Positions 1-10,321 of a stretch of 37,479 nt of DNA are shown here, piece by piece. The translations under genes and the position numbers were made by a program. Position 1 is the stretch's first letter; the number at the start of each line of letters is the position of its first letter. The DNA lies in IMG/VR virus record IMGVR_UViG_3300017912_000738, positions 1-37,479 of that record. One strand, written 5' to 3'. The notes beneath the pieces are model-generated. The model saw nothing but the letters and a program-made list of their open reading frames with translations. It did no database searches and was not told where the DNA came from. The DNA is from a virus. Lineage: Duplodnaviria; Caudoviricetes.

Positions 1-141
1 AATGACTTTGTGGTCAATCTGGCTAACGCAATGGACATGAACGCTGACACGTTTAAGGTTGCGCTATCTAACACAGACCCAACATCAGGCACAAATGCGG
101 CGGCTGATGGAAATGGTGTATTAGCAAATATTACAGAAATT
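1..141. repeat. Terminal direct repeat, left copy (circular-assembly overlap)
   Basis: Bases 1-141 are identical to 37339-37479, and the repeat falls inside a CDS. Confidence 0.97.
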
Positions 142-411
142 TCATACACAAACCTATCAGCAAGAACATTGCAAAATGTGACTAGCACCCAGACGTCAGG
201 CACATATAAGTTATCTGCCGATGACTTAGTGTTAACAGCATCAGGTGGTTCGGTTGCACCTTTTAGATATGTTGTGATCTACAATGATACACCAACATCA
301 CCTGCCGATCCTATTGTTGGTTATTACGATTATGGTTCATCATTAACACTGAACGATGGCGATACATTTACAATAGATATTGGAACTAACGGTATCTTAA
401 CGCTTACATAG
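1..411 (+). CDS. Virion structural/tail-associated protein, 3' part (true start ATG at 37318 across the circular junction)
   Basis: Frame continues from MASFTKVNDFVVNLAN at 37318. Beta-rich phage structural-type sequence (TFKVALSN...RYVVIYNDT...GYYDYG...GILTLT), next to the adaptor gene. Confidence 0.8.
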   Translation, partial: NDFVVNLANAMDMNADTFKVALSNTDPTSGTNAAADGNGVLANITEISYTNLSARTLQNVTSTQTSGTYKLSADDLVLTASGGSVAPFRYVVIYNDTPTSPADPIVGYYDYGSSLTLNDGDTFTIDIGTNGILTLT

Positions 412-425
412 AGTAGGAGCGCATC

Positions 426-2123
426 ATGGCAAAACTTTTTAACAGAGCCAAGATGAACACCGCCACTACTGGTGCAGGAACTATTACACTAGGAACGGCT
501 GAAACAGGCTTTCAAACTTTTGCTGATGCAGGAGTTGCTAACGGCGATGTTGTTCAATATGTCATAGAAGAAGGTTCTAATTGGGAAATAGGAACAGGAA
601 CTTATACTGCTAGTGGCACAACTTTAACACGTTCCCCAAGTGAAAGCAGCGGTGGCGGTAGTGCGGTATCTCTTGGCGGTGGCGCAAAAGTTTCAATTAC
701 AGCCATTGCGGATGATTTCAAAAGACTGCAATTAGCAGGGTCTACGAAGGCAGAGGCTACTTCTGGCGGTTTAACTGTAACTGGAAATATTGTTGTAAGC
801 GGCAATGTTGACGGTAGAAATGTTGCATCTGACGGTACTAAACTTGATGGTATTGAAACAGGTGCAACGGCTGACCAAACTAAAGCTGACATTGATGCGC
901 TGAATATAAATGCTGACCAAGTAGATGGCTTAGAGGCTTCTCAGTTTCTTAGAAGTGATGCACATGACAGTACAAGCCACAATTTAGACATAAATGGCGG
1001 TTCATTGCGTGTTGGTGGAACTAGCTATGCGATGGCTATAAGTACAAACGGCAACCAATCAAACGGATCTATCGACCATACAGCAAACAATAAAGAAGGG
1101 ATTTTTTGGCACACAAGCAATGATTATTCGATTGCTAGAACAGCGGGTTCTTGGACTTCGCCTGCGTATCAAAGATTAGAAATAAATTGGCCTACTGGTA
1201 TTGTACTTAGCACTAGCGCAGCGGGAACTCATACAAACTCTCATACAGAATTTCAGTCCACAATCAAATCAAACATAACGCAAGATGAAAAAATAGTTTT
1301 GTCTGGATCAACTAACCCTTTCATTCGTTTTAAACAAGGCACTACAGATAAGGGTTATTTGCAATGGCACTCAAGTAGTGGAAGTATGTTCTTGAGAAAC
1401 CAAGACGATGGGTCTGGTATTAGAGTTCACGATGCCTTTGAATTTACGCCAGATGGGACAAACTTTTATAGCATTTGGCACGCTAATAATGATGGGTCTG
1501 GCTCTGGCCTAGACGCCGATACTGTAGATGGTATTCAAGGAAGTAATTTTTTAAGAAGTGATACTGGCGATACCGCATCTGGAGACATAGTTTTTAATGG
1601 TGGCGCGGGGGCAGCAACTATTGCCGCTGCTTCTGATCTTAGGTTGAATAATGGAAATTGGACAGGGGAAGCTACTTGTAAAATACAACATCATTCAAGC
1701 TCTTTGTATTTTCAATACAGTAACAGCGGCCAAATCATTTTTAGAGATAGTGGAGCTACTAATAATTTTTATTTTGATGCAAGTGGTAATTTTACAGCCA
1801 ATGGGAACGTAACGGCCTACTCAGATATAAAATTTAAAAAAGATATTGTTACCATTGATAATGCCGTTGATAAAATAAAAAAAATGCGTGGTGTTTACTA
1901 CACGGAGAAAAAAACTGAACGTGCTAGAACTGGTGTAATTGCTCAAGAGCTTGAAAAGGTTTTGCCTGAGGTCGTTTTAGATGTTGAAGATACAAATGTA
2001 GAAACAGGCGAAACAACCACAAACAAAGCTGTTGATTACGGCAACATGGTTGGCATACTTATAGAAGCAATTAAAGAGCAGCAAGACGAAATAGAGCGAC
2101 TAAGAGCAATACTTGAGGGCTAA
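426..2123 (+). CDS. Tail fibre protein 1 with C-terminal peptidase S74-type intramolecular chaperone
   Basis: [15 protein letters not shown] cleavage motif, [30 protein letters not shown] coiled coil. Repeated ADxVDGxxxSxFLRSD fibre motifs. AGGAG RBS. Confidence 0.9.
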   Translation: MAKLFNRAKMNTATTGAGTITLGTAETGFQTFADAGVANGDVVQYVIEEGSNWEIGTGTYTASGTTLTRSPSESSGGGSAVSLGGGAKVSITAIADDFKRLQLAGSTKAEATSGGLTVTGNIVVSGNVDGRNVASDGTKLDGIETGATADQTKADIDALNINADQVDGLEASQFLRSDAHDSTSHNLDINGGSLRVGGTSYAMAISTNGNQSNGSIDHTANNKEGIFWHTSNDYSIARTAGSWTSPAYQRLEINWPTGIVLSTSAAGTHTNSHTEFQSTIKSNITQDEKIVLSGSTNPFIRFKQGTTDKGYLQWHSSSGSMFLRNQDDGSGIRVHDAFEFTPDGTNFYSIWHANNDGSGSGLDADTVDGIQGSNFLRSDTGDTASGDIVFNGGAGAATIAAASDLRLNNGNWTGEATCKIQHHSSSLYFQYSNSGQIIFRDSGATNNFYFDASGNFTANGNVTAYSDIKFKKDIVTIDNAVDKIKKMRGVYYTEKKTERARTGVIAQELEKVLPEVVLDVEDTNVETGETTTNKAVDYGNMVGILIEAIKEQQDEIERLRAILEG

Positions 2124-2125
2124 GA

Positions 2126-3109
2126 ATGACACTTCAAAGCAGTGGATCAATATCATTATCCCAAATTGCAGGTGAATTTGGTGGCTCTACACCGCACAGT
2201 TTAAGCGAATATTATGGAGTAGCAGCAGGTGTGCCTTCAAGCGGCGCAATTAGCATGAGCCAATTCTATGGCACTAGCGCACCTTCATATGTTTATGCTA
2301 CTGGCGGCAGTGTTTCGCAAAGTGGTAATTACAGAACGCATTACTTTTATAGTTCTGGTTATTTCAATGTAACAAATTCTGGAAATAGCGGCGGCTCTAA
2401 TAGCGTAACAGCTCTTATTGTTGCAGGTGGCGGCGGCGGCGCAGGTATCGGTGGCGGTGGTGCAGGGGGCTATAGATACCTCTCTTTTGGTATAGGAACA
2501 GGCAACCATTATGTCGGCGTTGGCGGCGGCGGCGGTGGTTCTTACTCAACTTATGACACAGCGGCAGGTTCAAACGGTGGTAATAGTTCATTTTATGGCT
2601 ATACATCAACTGGCGGTGGTGGCGGTGCGGCAACAGAAAATTGGTACGGAACATATCCTTTTGCGGGTGCAAAAAGCGGTGGCTCTGGTGGTGGTGCAGG
2701 GTTTGCGACTTCTGTAACAACAACCTATGCAGGTGCTAGCGGAATAAGTGGTCAAGGTAATAACGGTGGTTCTGGTTCTAGACTAGCAGGTGGCGGCGGT
2801 GGTGGAGCTGGTGCGGCAGGTCAAAACGGTCACGCAAGAGCAACCCATCATGGCGGTAATGGCGGTTCTGGCTCTTATCATTTTGGTGCATACAGAGGCG
2901 GTGGCGGTGGTGGCGTTACTTGGTCTTACAATGCTCCAAGCCCTGCATCTGGCGGTTCTGGAGGTGGCGGTAATGGTGGAGCTATTAATAATACCCAACA
3001 TAGTGGCGGTGGAACTAATACTGGCGGCGGCGGCGGTTCTGCTTGGAGTACGGCAGGCTCTAAAAATGGTGGCTCTGGCATTGTCATTATTCAATATAGG
3101 TTTCAGTAA
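2126..3109 (+). CDS. Glycine-rich fibre-tip adhesin / receptor-binding protein 1
   Basis: N-terminus LQSSGSISLSQIAGEFGG...SLSEYYG is typical of adhesins that follow S74 fibres. Many GGGGG loops and a GGSGIVII end motif. Confidence 0.8.
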   Translation: MTLQSSGSISLSQIAGEFGGSTPHSLSEYYGVAAGVPSSGAISMSQFYGTSAPSYVYATGGSVSQSGNYRTHYFYSSGYFNVTNSGNSGGSNSVTALIVAGGGGGAGIGGGGAGGYRYLSFGIGTGNHYVGVGGGGGGSYSTYDTAAGSNGGNSSFYGYTSTGGGGGAATENWYGTYPFAGAKSGGSGGGAGFATSVTTTYAGASGISGQGNNGGSGSRLAGGGGGGAGAAGQNGHARATHHGGNGGSGSYHFGAYRGGGGGGVTWSYNAPSPASGGSGGGGNGGAINNTQHSGGGTNTGGGGGSAWSTAGSKNGGSGIVIIQYRFQ

Positions 3110-3514
3110 ATGGCACATTTTGCTAAATTAGAAGATAATATTGTTACAGATGTTGTTGTGATAAGTAATGACGAAATACTTGATGATGATGGTAATGAGA
3201 GTGAAGCGATGGGTGTTTCGTTCCTACAAACGGCTTTCGGAGCAGATACTGTCTGGAAGCAAACAAGTTACAATAGAAACTTTAGAAAAAACTATGCGCA
3301 GATAGGCGGCACTTACGATGCTGATAAAGACGCATTTATTCATATGAAACCTTTTGCTTCTTGGCAATTAAACGCAGAAACTTGCCAATGGGAACCTCCT
3401 GTTGCAAGGCCAGATGACCACGAAACAAATCCTCACCGTTGGGACGAAGAAAATCAAGAATGGGTTGCTTTATTTCCAGTAGGCGATGAGCCAGATTTAG
3501 GAGAAAAACCGTAA
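3110..3514 (+). CDS. Conserved phage hypothetical protein, tail-fibre associated
   Basis: MAHFAKL...WKQTSYN...FRKNYA.IG.TYD...DAFI...SW.LN...C.WEPPV pattern seen beside glycine-rich adhesins. Abuts both neighbours. Confidence 0.75.
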   Translation: MAHFAKLEDNIVTDVVVISNDEILDDDGNESEAMGVSFLQTAFGADTVWKQTSYNRNFRKNYAQIGGTYDADKDAFIHMKPFASWQLNAETCQWEPPVARPDDHETNPHRWDEENQEWVALFPVGDEPDLGEKP

Positions 3515-4147
3515 ATGCTAGGCTTTGCACCATTAGCAGCAACTGCGTTAGGCTCACCATCGGCCAATGAAGCGTATTCAATACAAGTCACAAGCGGTAC
3601 GTTTACGCTTTCGATGCAAGGCGCAGGTAAATTAATTACAGACATTTACCCAAGTGGAGTATTTACGCTCAGTGGTCAACCTGTTTCAATATTTGCAGGG
3701 CGTCCAACTGAAATCTTTGCCGGTTCCTTTACTTTAACTGGTCAAAATATAGACTTGGATCAAAACTTTGGCTTAATTATAGATAGCGTTTATAATAGCG
3801 CAACATTTACATACACTGGACAAACTGTCGTTTTTGATACTGGTTTTGGCATGGTGCTTGATAGCGGCACATTTGCTTCAACTGGTCAAAGTGTAAATTT
3901 CAAAAAAGACATGAATATATCGGCTGTGACAGGTATTTTTACCTTAACAGGCCAAGACGCATTTAAAGGTGTAGGTGAGGTATTTAGCCAAGGAACTTTT
4001 ACTTATACTGGTCAAGCTGTAGAGTTTACCGTTCAACGACATTTCGACGCAAATGCAGGGGCATATATATACACATTTCAAGATTTTAAAATTAGAGGTT
4101 GGTTTAGCCCGACAGTACCGGCTGAAATATGGACGGATGCAGCCTAA
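3515..4147 (+). CDS. Virion structural protein with internal G-x-F-T-x-T-G-Q repeats
   Basis: MLGFAPLA start and about 7 copies of a GTFTLTGQ-like beta repeat, in the tail module. Confidence 0.7.
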   Translation: MLGFAPLAATALGSPSANEAYSIQVTSGTFTLSMQGAGKLITDIYPSGVFTLSGQPVSIFAGRPTEIFAGSFTLTGQNIDLDQNFGLIIDSVYNSATFTYTGQTVVFDTGFGMVLDSGTFASTGQSVNFKKDMNISAVTGIFTLTGQDAFKGVGEVFSQGTFTYTGQAVEFTVQRHFDANAGAYIYTFQDFKIRGWFSPTVPAEIWTDAA

Positions 4148-4222
4148 TATGTTACCATTAAATAACGCAAAAACATTAACATTAACTCCTGGATATAACC
4201 TGCTGAAAAGAAAGGAAAAATT

Positions 4223-5047
4223 ATGGCTATAAGTCTCACGAAACCAACAGTGGGTGGATCTGAGGGAACTTGGGGTACTACCATAAATACGGCTCTAGAT
4301 GACGTTCAGAACGCTCTTAATGGCACATCTGGAACGGTAGCACCCGACTTAACAACGCTAACTATTAATGGAACAAACGTCACATCTACAGCATCAGATT
4401 TAACAAATGCTATTACTGGCTTTGTCTTAGAGGATGGCGATGGTACGGAAGTAACTATTGCCGGAGGAAAAGAAGTTAAATTTGTTGAGGGAGGTGGTAT
4501 TGATATAGATTGGACAGACACATCGACAGGTTCAGATGCAGATCCATATGATTTAACTTTTACTTTAAATACAGATATGCGTAAATCTGGAAACGTAGAT
4601 GTATACACCGGCAATACTTCCGATTATGTTTTTTATGATGCAGATGTTGGTATGCGTTTTTACACCGCCGGATCTGAAGATATGAGACTGACAGACGGTG
4701 GAGACTTGCACGTTGATGGCAACATTATTGGTTATTCTTCAACAATTTCTGACCAAAGGTTGAAGGGCAACATAAATAAAATAGACAACGCATTAGACAA
4801 AGTTATGCAGATAAATGGTTACACATTTACTTATAATCATGACGGAAAGCAAAGCGCAGGAGTAATAGCGCAAGAAATTGAAGATGTTTTACCAAGTGCG
4901 GTTCAAAGCACTAATTTAGTTTTCAATGATGATAATGACGTTGAGTTTAAGACAGTACAATATGATCAACTTACTGGACTGTTAATCGAAGCAATAAAAG
5001 ATTTAAAAGCAGAAATAGAGGAACTAAAAAATGCCTCTGCCAAGTAG
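4223..5047 (+). CDS. Tail fibre protein 2 with peptidase S74-type chaperone
   Basis: N-terminal LTKPTVGGSEGTWGTTIN anchor-type motif, SDQRLKGNI cleavage site, AGVIAQEIEDVLPSAV, LLIEAIKDLKAEIEELK. Confidence 0.88.
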   Translation: MAISLTKPTVGGSEGTWGTTINTALDDVQNALNGTSGTVAPDLTTLTINGTNVTSTASDLTNAITGFVLEDGDGTEVTIAGGKEVKFVEGGGIDIDWTDTSTGSDADPYDLTFTLNTDMRKSGNVDVYTGNTSDYVFYDADVGMRFYTAGSEDMRLTDGGDLHVDGNIIGYSSTISDQRLKGNINKIDNALDKVMQINGYTFTYNHDGKQSAGVIAQEIEDVLPSAVQSTNLVFNDDNDVEFKTVQYDQLTGLLIEAIKDLKAEIEELKNASAK

Positions 5048-5846
5048 TGGCCAGATAACGATAGATCAAATACACGTTGAAGCAGGTGGCGGTAGCGGCT
5101 CACAAGCCGCAATAAATGATGCTGATATTCGTGATATGATTGGCAAAGGCTCAACAGCGCAAAATGCCTTTAATGAATATTATGGAGTTTCTGCCGCCGC
5201 TCCTATTGCTACTTTCAAAGGCCGCACACTTACAACTGGCAATGGATTTCCAACTGGTAACGTGACATTAAGCTCTGGCTCAAAGCTAGTTGTTGTTACT
5301 CTTCAACTGGCAGGGAGCGGAAACACATATGTAAATGTCGGCGGTGTAAGTGCTACGCTTGCCGCAAAAGTAGATACTGCGCCAACTGGCGGCGTTTGGG
5401 GTGCGGCACTTACATCAGCGGTTTACTATTTAGTCACTTCTGCCTCTGGCTCTACGCAAATAACTGGTAACGGTGGCAGTGGCAGGTCAGTAACACATGT
5501 ATGGGAAATTACTGGTTATAATAGCTCTACGCCAACAGCTACCGCCACCGCCCAAAATACTGACAATACAAGCTTTTCAAAAACGATTTCGTTGTCAACT
5601 CAATATAACGGAGTTACTATAGGTTCTGGTATAACGGAAGATACTAATCCTGCGGGTTCGGTTACTGTAAGCAATTCTGACACGATACAACAAATCGATT
5701 TAGAAAGTGCTACAAATCACTTTTGTTGGGATGACGAAGGAACTGCGTCAGGAACTACAAGTTACAACTGTGTTCAAAATAACCCTGCTTCTAATATTGT
5801 TGCAGGGTCAACAATTATGCAATTAGCCGCCGCACATTGGAAATAA
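5031..5846 (+). CDS. Fibre-tip adhesin / receptor-binding protein 2
   Basis: N-terminus LPSSGQITIDQIHVEAGG...NEYYG is homologous to adhesin 1. The S/T/G-rich C-terminal domain is unrelated. Confidence 0.75.
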   Translation: MPLPSSGQITIDQIHVEAGGGSGSQAAINDADIRDMIGKGSTAQNAFNEYYGVSAAAPIATFKGRTLTTGNGFPTGNVTLSSGSKLVVVTLQLAGSGNTYVNVGGVSATLAAKVDTAPTGGVWGAALTSAVYYLVTSASGSTQITGNGGSGRSVTHVWEITGYNSSTPTATATAQNTDNTSFSKTISLSTQYNGVTIGSGITEDTNPAGSVTVSNSDTIQQIDLESATNHFCWDDEGTASGTTSYNCVQNNPASNIVAGSTIMQLAAAHWK

Positions 5847-5847
5847 T

Positions 5848-7674
5848 ATGCCACTTGTACCATTAGATTTAAAAGCAGGTTTTTATCGGAACGGAACTGA
5901 ATTTGACGCATCAAACAGGTGGCGTGATGGCAGCCTTGTTAGATGGCGTGACGGCTCTTTGCGTCCTATCGGTGGATGGCAAACTTTTAAAGACGGATTT
6001 TGTACCAATCCAATTAGAGGCGCACACGCATGGGAAAGCTTAAATGGAACAGCGTATTTTGCGGCTGGAAGTCATAACGAACTCACGGCAATGGTAGGGT
6101 CTGGTACAACTTACGACATTACACCAACATCAATGACAACTGGTCGTGAAGATGCAGGTCTTAACCTTGGTTTTGGTGGTGGGTTTTATGGAACAGGTTA
6201 TTTTGGTACACAAAGACCCTCAACTGGCACTTATTCTGAGGCGAGCAGTTGGAGCCTAAGTAACTGGGGTGAATACCTAGTTGGGGTTCATTTCGACACG
6301 GGAACTCTAGTCGAGTGGCAGCTTGGGTCTTCAGCCGTAGCTGCCCCAGTAACTAACGCTCCACTAAATAATCTTGGATTAGTTGTTACTGAAGAGCGTT
6401 TTATATTTTTACTAGGCGCAGGGGGAAACCCTCGTAAGGTTCAGTGGTGTGACTTTGAGGATAATACACTTTGGACCGCCGCAAGCACGAACCAAGCGGG
6501 GTCTCAAATCTTACAGACAAGTGGCCAACTGATGCAGGGAGTTAAGACAAGAGGGCAGACGTTATTGATAACAGATACCTCAGCCTTCACAGCGCGATAC
6601 GTGGGCCCACCCTATATTTATCAATTTGATCGTGCCGGTGCAGCTTGTGGAGCTGTTTCCAGAATGAGCGCCGTTGACACTGATATGGGCGTATTTTGGA
6701 TGGGGCAAAAGGGCTTTTTCGTATTTGATGGTAACACAGTAAAAGAGCTGCCATGCGAAGTTCATGACTATGTTTTTGACGACATTAACGTAAACCAACA
6801 ATCAAAAATTTGGGCGTTTAGCAACACAGAATTTAGTGAGGTTTGGTGGTTTTATCCGTCTGCAAATAGTTTAGAGATAGATAGATATGTTGCATACGAC
6901 TTATTGGAAAACCATTGGCTGATTGGTAACTTATCAAGAACTGGTGGCGTTTCTAGAGGTGTATTTAGAACACCGATTATGAGTGGCGAAAATCCAGAAA
7001 GCTTTACTTATAATGTAACTGTGGCCAACTCAGGAGGTAATAAATATTTTATATCTAGCTTCTCAGGAGCAGCGCCAACGTTAACTTTTAAAAAAGGCAA
7101 TACTTACAGATTTGATCAGTCCGACAGTTCTAATATTGGGCATCCGTTTCAGTTTTCTACAACGGCAAATGGAACGCATGGCGGTGGGTCAGCGTACAAT
7201 ACCAACGTTGTTTCAACAGGTTCGGCAGGAAATGCAGGAAGTTATGTTGAAATAACTGTTACAGATAGCACTCCTTCTACGCTTTATTATTACTGCACAA
7301 ACCACAGTGGAATGGGCGGAACTATTAACGTAATAGAGCCTGTTTCAGTGTATAACCATGAACAAGGCTTAAATTATGATAGTGGCTCTATTTTTTGCGA
7401 AACAGGGCCTATATCAATAGGTAACGGAGACCAGATAGCAAAAGTTACGTCTGTTATTCCTGATGAGCTTACACAGGGTGACGTTGATTTAAAATTTAAA
7501 ACACGATTTCATCCAAACAACACAGAAACAACGCATGGCCCATTTAATCCAAGTAACCCTACTTCTGTGCGTTTTACTGGAAGACAAGTAAGGATGAGAG
7601 TTGAAGGTGATCAAGCTACAAATTGGCGCGTTGGCACTATGAGACTTGAAACTAAAGCAGGGGGGCGTAGATAA
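5848..7674 (+). CDS. Podovirus tail nozzle / head-stabilisation protein with an inserted cupredoxin-like domain
   Basis: Size, beta-propeller-like repeats, EVWWFYPS and RFTGRQVRMRVE end motifs, and position upstream of the ejection proteins. Insert carries H...CxxHxxM. Confidence 0.7.
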   Translation: MPLVPLDLKAGFYRNGTEFDASNRWRDGSLVRWRDGSLRPIGGWQTFKDGFCTNPIRGAHAWESLNGTAYFAAGSHNELTAMVGSGTTYDITPTSMTTGREDAGLNLGFGGGFYGTGYFGTQRPSTGTYSEASSWSLSNWGEYLVGVHFDTGTLVEWQLGSSAVAAPVTNAPLNNLGLVVTEERFIFLLGAGGNPRKVQWCDFEDNTLWTAASTNQAGSQILQTSGQLMQGVKTRGQTLLITDTSAFTARYVGPPYIYQFDRAGAACGAVSRMSAVDTDMGVFWMGQKGFFVFDGNTVKELPCEVHDYVFDDINVNQQSKIWAFSNTEFSEVWWFYPSANSLEIDRYVAYDLLENHWLIGNLSRTGGVSRGVFRTPIMSGENPESFTYNVTVANSGGNKYFISSFSGAAPTLTFKKGNTYRFDQSDSSNIGHPFQFSTTANGTHGGGSAYNTNVVSTGSAGNAGSYVEITVTDSTPSTLYYYCTNHSGMGGTINVIEPVSVYNHEQGLNYDSGSIFCETGPISIGNGDQIAKVTSVIPDELTQGDVDLKFKTRFHPNNTETTHGPFNPSNPTSVRFTGRQVRMRVEGDQATNWRVGTMRLETKAGGRR

Positions 7675-8021
7675 TGCCAGTTACACCTCCAGTTATCGGT
7701 GTTGATGTACGTCAATGGGGTAGAGATCTTAATTTATTTTTAACTAGAAATTTAGGTAAATTATTTTTTAAGACTTCCGACGACAACCCATCTGTAGATG
7801 GTATTTTTTTATGGGATGATGTTAATAGCTATCCAGTGGTTAGCCATAACGACGCTTTTCGTCAGATTGCTATGAAGCACGCAACCCCTCCGGCTAATAC
7901 GGGATCTGCGGGTGACGTCACGGGTATGATTAGTTGGGACACCAACTACATTTATATATGCGTTGCTGATTACGATGGATCTACCGCAATATGGAAAAGA
8001 GTGGCTTTATCAACATGGTAA
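7674..8021 (+). CDS. Small virion/tail-associated protein
   Basis: C-terminal G.ISWDTNYIYIC...WKRVALSTW motif common in phage tail proteins. TAATG coupling. Confidence 0.65.
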   Translation: MPVTPPVIGVDVRQWGRDLNLFLTRNLGKLFFKTSDDNPSVDGIFLWDDVNSYPVVSHNDAFRQIAMKHATPPANTGSAGDVTGMISWDTNYIYICVADYDGSTAIWKRVALSTW

Positions 8022-8039
8022 ACGTGGGGTGGATAAATA

Positions 8040-8489
8040 TTGGATAATGTTGTAAAGTTTTCGTCAAAGTCGAGCGTTTTTGTCAAGCCGATACTTGGAG
8101 ATGAGATAGAAGAGTTTTTACCGAAAATAATTCCTATCCTCAAACCGGCGATTGATAAAAGCCAAAGAAACGTATCGATGGATGATGTTATAGAGGATAT
8201 TATGACTACACGTTCACTCATGTGGGCAGTTTACATAGGGGACACGCTATCGGCTGCTTTTACTACAAGCATAGCTGAGCATCCTCAGAGAAGAACTTTA
8301 TTCATAGAGTTTATGGGTGGTGTAGCAATGGCGGCTTGGATGAGAGCTGCTTTGAGAGTTTTAAAGGAGCTTGCTAAAAAAAGTAAGCTAGATGGTATTG
8401 AGGCACACGGACGGATCGGGTTTTCTAAAATGGCCAAAGAGCATGGCTTCAAAGAAATGCACCGACATTTTGAAATGGAGATAGCGTAA
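8040..8489 (+). CDS. GNAT-like protein (position of T7 gp13-type genes)
   Basis: Alpha/beta pattern with LFIEFMGG and IEAHGRIGF, immediately before the ejection proteins. TTG start. Confidence 0.5.
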   Translation: MDNVVKFSSKSSVFVKPILGDEIEEFLPKIIPILKPAIDKSQRNVSMDDVIEDIMTTRSLMWAVYIGDTLSAAFTTSIAEHPQRRTLFIEFMGGVAMAAWMRAALRVLKELAKKSKLDGIEAHGRIGFSKMAKEHGFKEMHRHFEMEIA

Positions 8490-9274
8490 TGGGCGGTAAG
8501 ACGACAACTACAACAGCAACAATGGACCCAATTCAGGAACAGTTTATCACTGAAGATATTATTCCATTTGCTAGAGATATTAGAGACACCCCATTTCGGC
8601 AATACACTGGTGAAAGGGTTGCCGGATTAACTCCAATTCAGAGAGATGCTTTAGGAGGTTATGGCGCTCTAAGTTTACCGTCTGAAATAGGTGAGGCAAC
8701 AGACGTATATCGAGGAATTGCGACGAGAACTCCTGAGCAACGTCAGCAAAGATTAGGCGAAATACAAGATCAAATGGCGCCATTACTTAACAGAAGGTTT
8801 GCTCAGCAAGGCGTTGGAAGTGAGGCGCAAGCTATTAAGGCAGGGGCTTTTGGTGATAGAAGGGCTGTAGTGGAAGGCGAACGTCAAGCCGCTTTAGACG
8901 CGCAAGCTTATGATCTAGCAAGCAGACAACTAGCTCAAGAAGACGCTATGGCTATGAGATCTGCGGGTGCTTTGTCAGGTAGTGGCATACAGGGATTGAA
9001 GGCTCAGCAAAACATTTTAGGCGCCCAAATGACTGCGGGTGATACCGAAAGACAGCTACAGCAACAGCAATTAGATGCAGATTTCAATCAATACCTAGCA
9101 GAAATGCAATATCCTCTAACTCAGTTTGGCGTTCTTACTGGCGCCGGACAAGCTTTCCCTGCGGGTATTGGAACAACGACCGGAACTGAAAGAGATCCGA
9201 TGGGTAGTTTTGGAAGAGTATTATCTGGCTTAGGCTCATTTGGTATGGGCGGCGGCTTTAAGATGTTTGGTTAA
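8489..9274 (+). CDS. Internal virion (DNA ejection/pilot) protein
   Basis: MGGKTTTTT start, YTGERVAG and AGAFGDRRA motifs, Q/A-rich helices, G-rich hydrophobic C-terminus. Confidence 0.65.
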   Translation: MGGKTTTTTATMDPIQEQFITEDIIPFARDIRDTPFRQYTGERVAGLTPIQRDALGGYGALSLPSEIGEATDVYRGIATRTPEQRQQRLGEIQDQMAPLLNRRFAQQGVGSEAQAIKAGAFGDRRAVVEGERQAALDAQAYDLASRQLAQEDAMAMRSAGALSGSGIQGLKAQQNILGAQMTAGDTERQLQQQQLDADFNQYLAEMQYPLTQFGVLTGAGQAFPAGIGTTTGTERDPMGSFGRVLSGLGSFGMGGGFKMFG

Positions 9275-9286
9275 TAGGGGTTAAAA

Positions 9287-10318
9287 ATGATTGTTTTAAC
9301 AGAACAAATGATAAGAGACTTTGGACTTACCGGCGCTATGGCGGGTGAGATAGCTACTCCTGAAGACATTGCCATAATGAATATGAACGCAGCGCCTCAG
9401 ACCACAAACCCAACGTCAGCTTCTTTACGGCCTAAGATTAGACCTGAAGCTGCTACGGGGGGTCAGACGGTTCCTACCCCTCCCCCAGTTACAGGAACAG
9501 CGCCAACTGCGCCGACACCGCCTGACCCTTCAAGTATGTACAATGACGACATGAGAAGAATTTTAAGATTTGCGGCGATTAAAGACGCGGGTATGGCTTT
9601 GCAGGGTAAAGAAGGAAATACTGTAGCGACCATAATGGGAGACTTTACCAAAAGAGCGGATATGGCTCGTAAAGCGTCGGCTGCTAAAGCTAGTGCGGCT
9701 GCAAGCGCCGCATTAATGCAACAAGCTTTTGGCGGTGCTTCTGGAATGTCTATGAGCGGAGCGACCCCGCAAGCGTTAAGAGCGCAAATAGATACATTAT
9801 CTCAATTAGCATTTACAAATCCGACTATGGCTCCCGCAATATCTGCTAGAATAAAAGTTTTACAAGCTGAGGCTGAAAGGCTTACAGACGCAAATAAAGA
9901 AATAGCTAACAGTGAAATGATGCTGACAAATATTGATAATCTTTTAAATGACCCCGCTTTAGGACAAGCATTAGGCATCGAAGGATTTTTGAGAGAACCT
10001 TTTGTTAAGTTAAAATTAGATACTGAAACTGGCAGAGTAAAAGGCCGTTTAGATCAAATAAAAGGCGCTGTATTCTTACAAGCTTTTGAAAGTCTAAAAG
10101 GTGGTGGTCAAATTACAGAGCTAGAAGGTATAAAAGCTGAACAGGCAAGAGCTAGATTATCAACCGCAGTTAGCGAGGAAGACTTTAGAGAAGCCTTACA
10201 AGAATTAAGATTTTATACAGAGCAAGGTATAAGACGTCTTAAAGGGGAACAAATACCAGACGATACGTTTTATGAAGACTCTAAAAAACAAAGTGATCCT
10301 TTAGGAATACGGGGATAA
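9287..10318 (+). CDS. Internal virion (ejection) protein
   Basis: Helical with P/T linker and an FLQAFESLKGGGQITELEG motif. Middle gene of the ejection cluster. Confidence 0.6.
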   Translation: MIVLTEQMIRDFGLTGAMAGEIATPEDIAIMNMNAAPQTTNPTSASLRPKIRPEAATGGQTVPTPPPVTGTAPTAPTPPDPSSMYNDDMRRILRFAAIKDAGMALQGKEGNTVATIMGDFTKRADMARKASAAKASAAASAALMQQAFGGASGMSMSGATPQALRAQIDTLSQLAFTNPTMAPAISARIKVLQAEAERLTDANKEIANSEMMLTNIDNLLNDPALGQALGIEGFLREPFVKLKLDTETGRVKGRLDQIKGAVFLQAFESLKGGGQITELEGIKAEQARARLSTAVSEEDFREALQELRFYTEQGIRRLKGEQIPDDTFYEDSKKQSDPLGIRG

Positions 10319-10321
10319 AAA

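Noticed and set aside
1-141. 141-bp terminal repeat as a biological direct terminal repeat
   Set aside because: It lies mid-gene and its length equals a common assembler maximum k-mer (141), so it is best read as circular-contig overlap
2420-3080. GGC/GGT runs as a microsatellite or DGR variable region
   Set aside because: They are explained by polyglycine coding. There is no reverse transcriptase and no adenine-specific template/variable repeat pair
4148-4222. AT-rich gap with TTAAC half-sites before fibre 2 as a CtrA box
   Set aside because: Half-site spacing does not fit N7. It may be a promoter but I cannot support that
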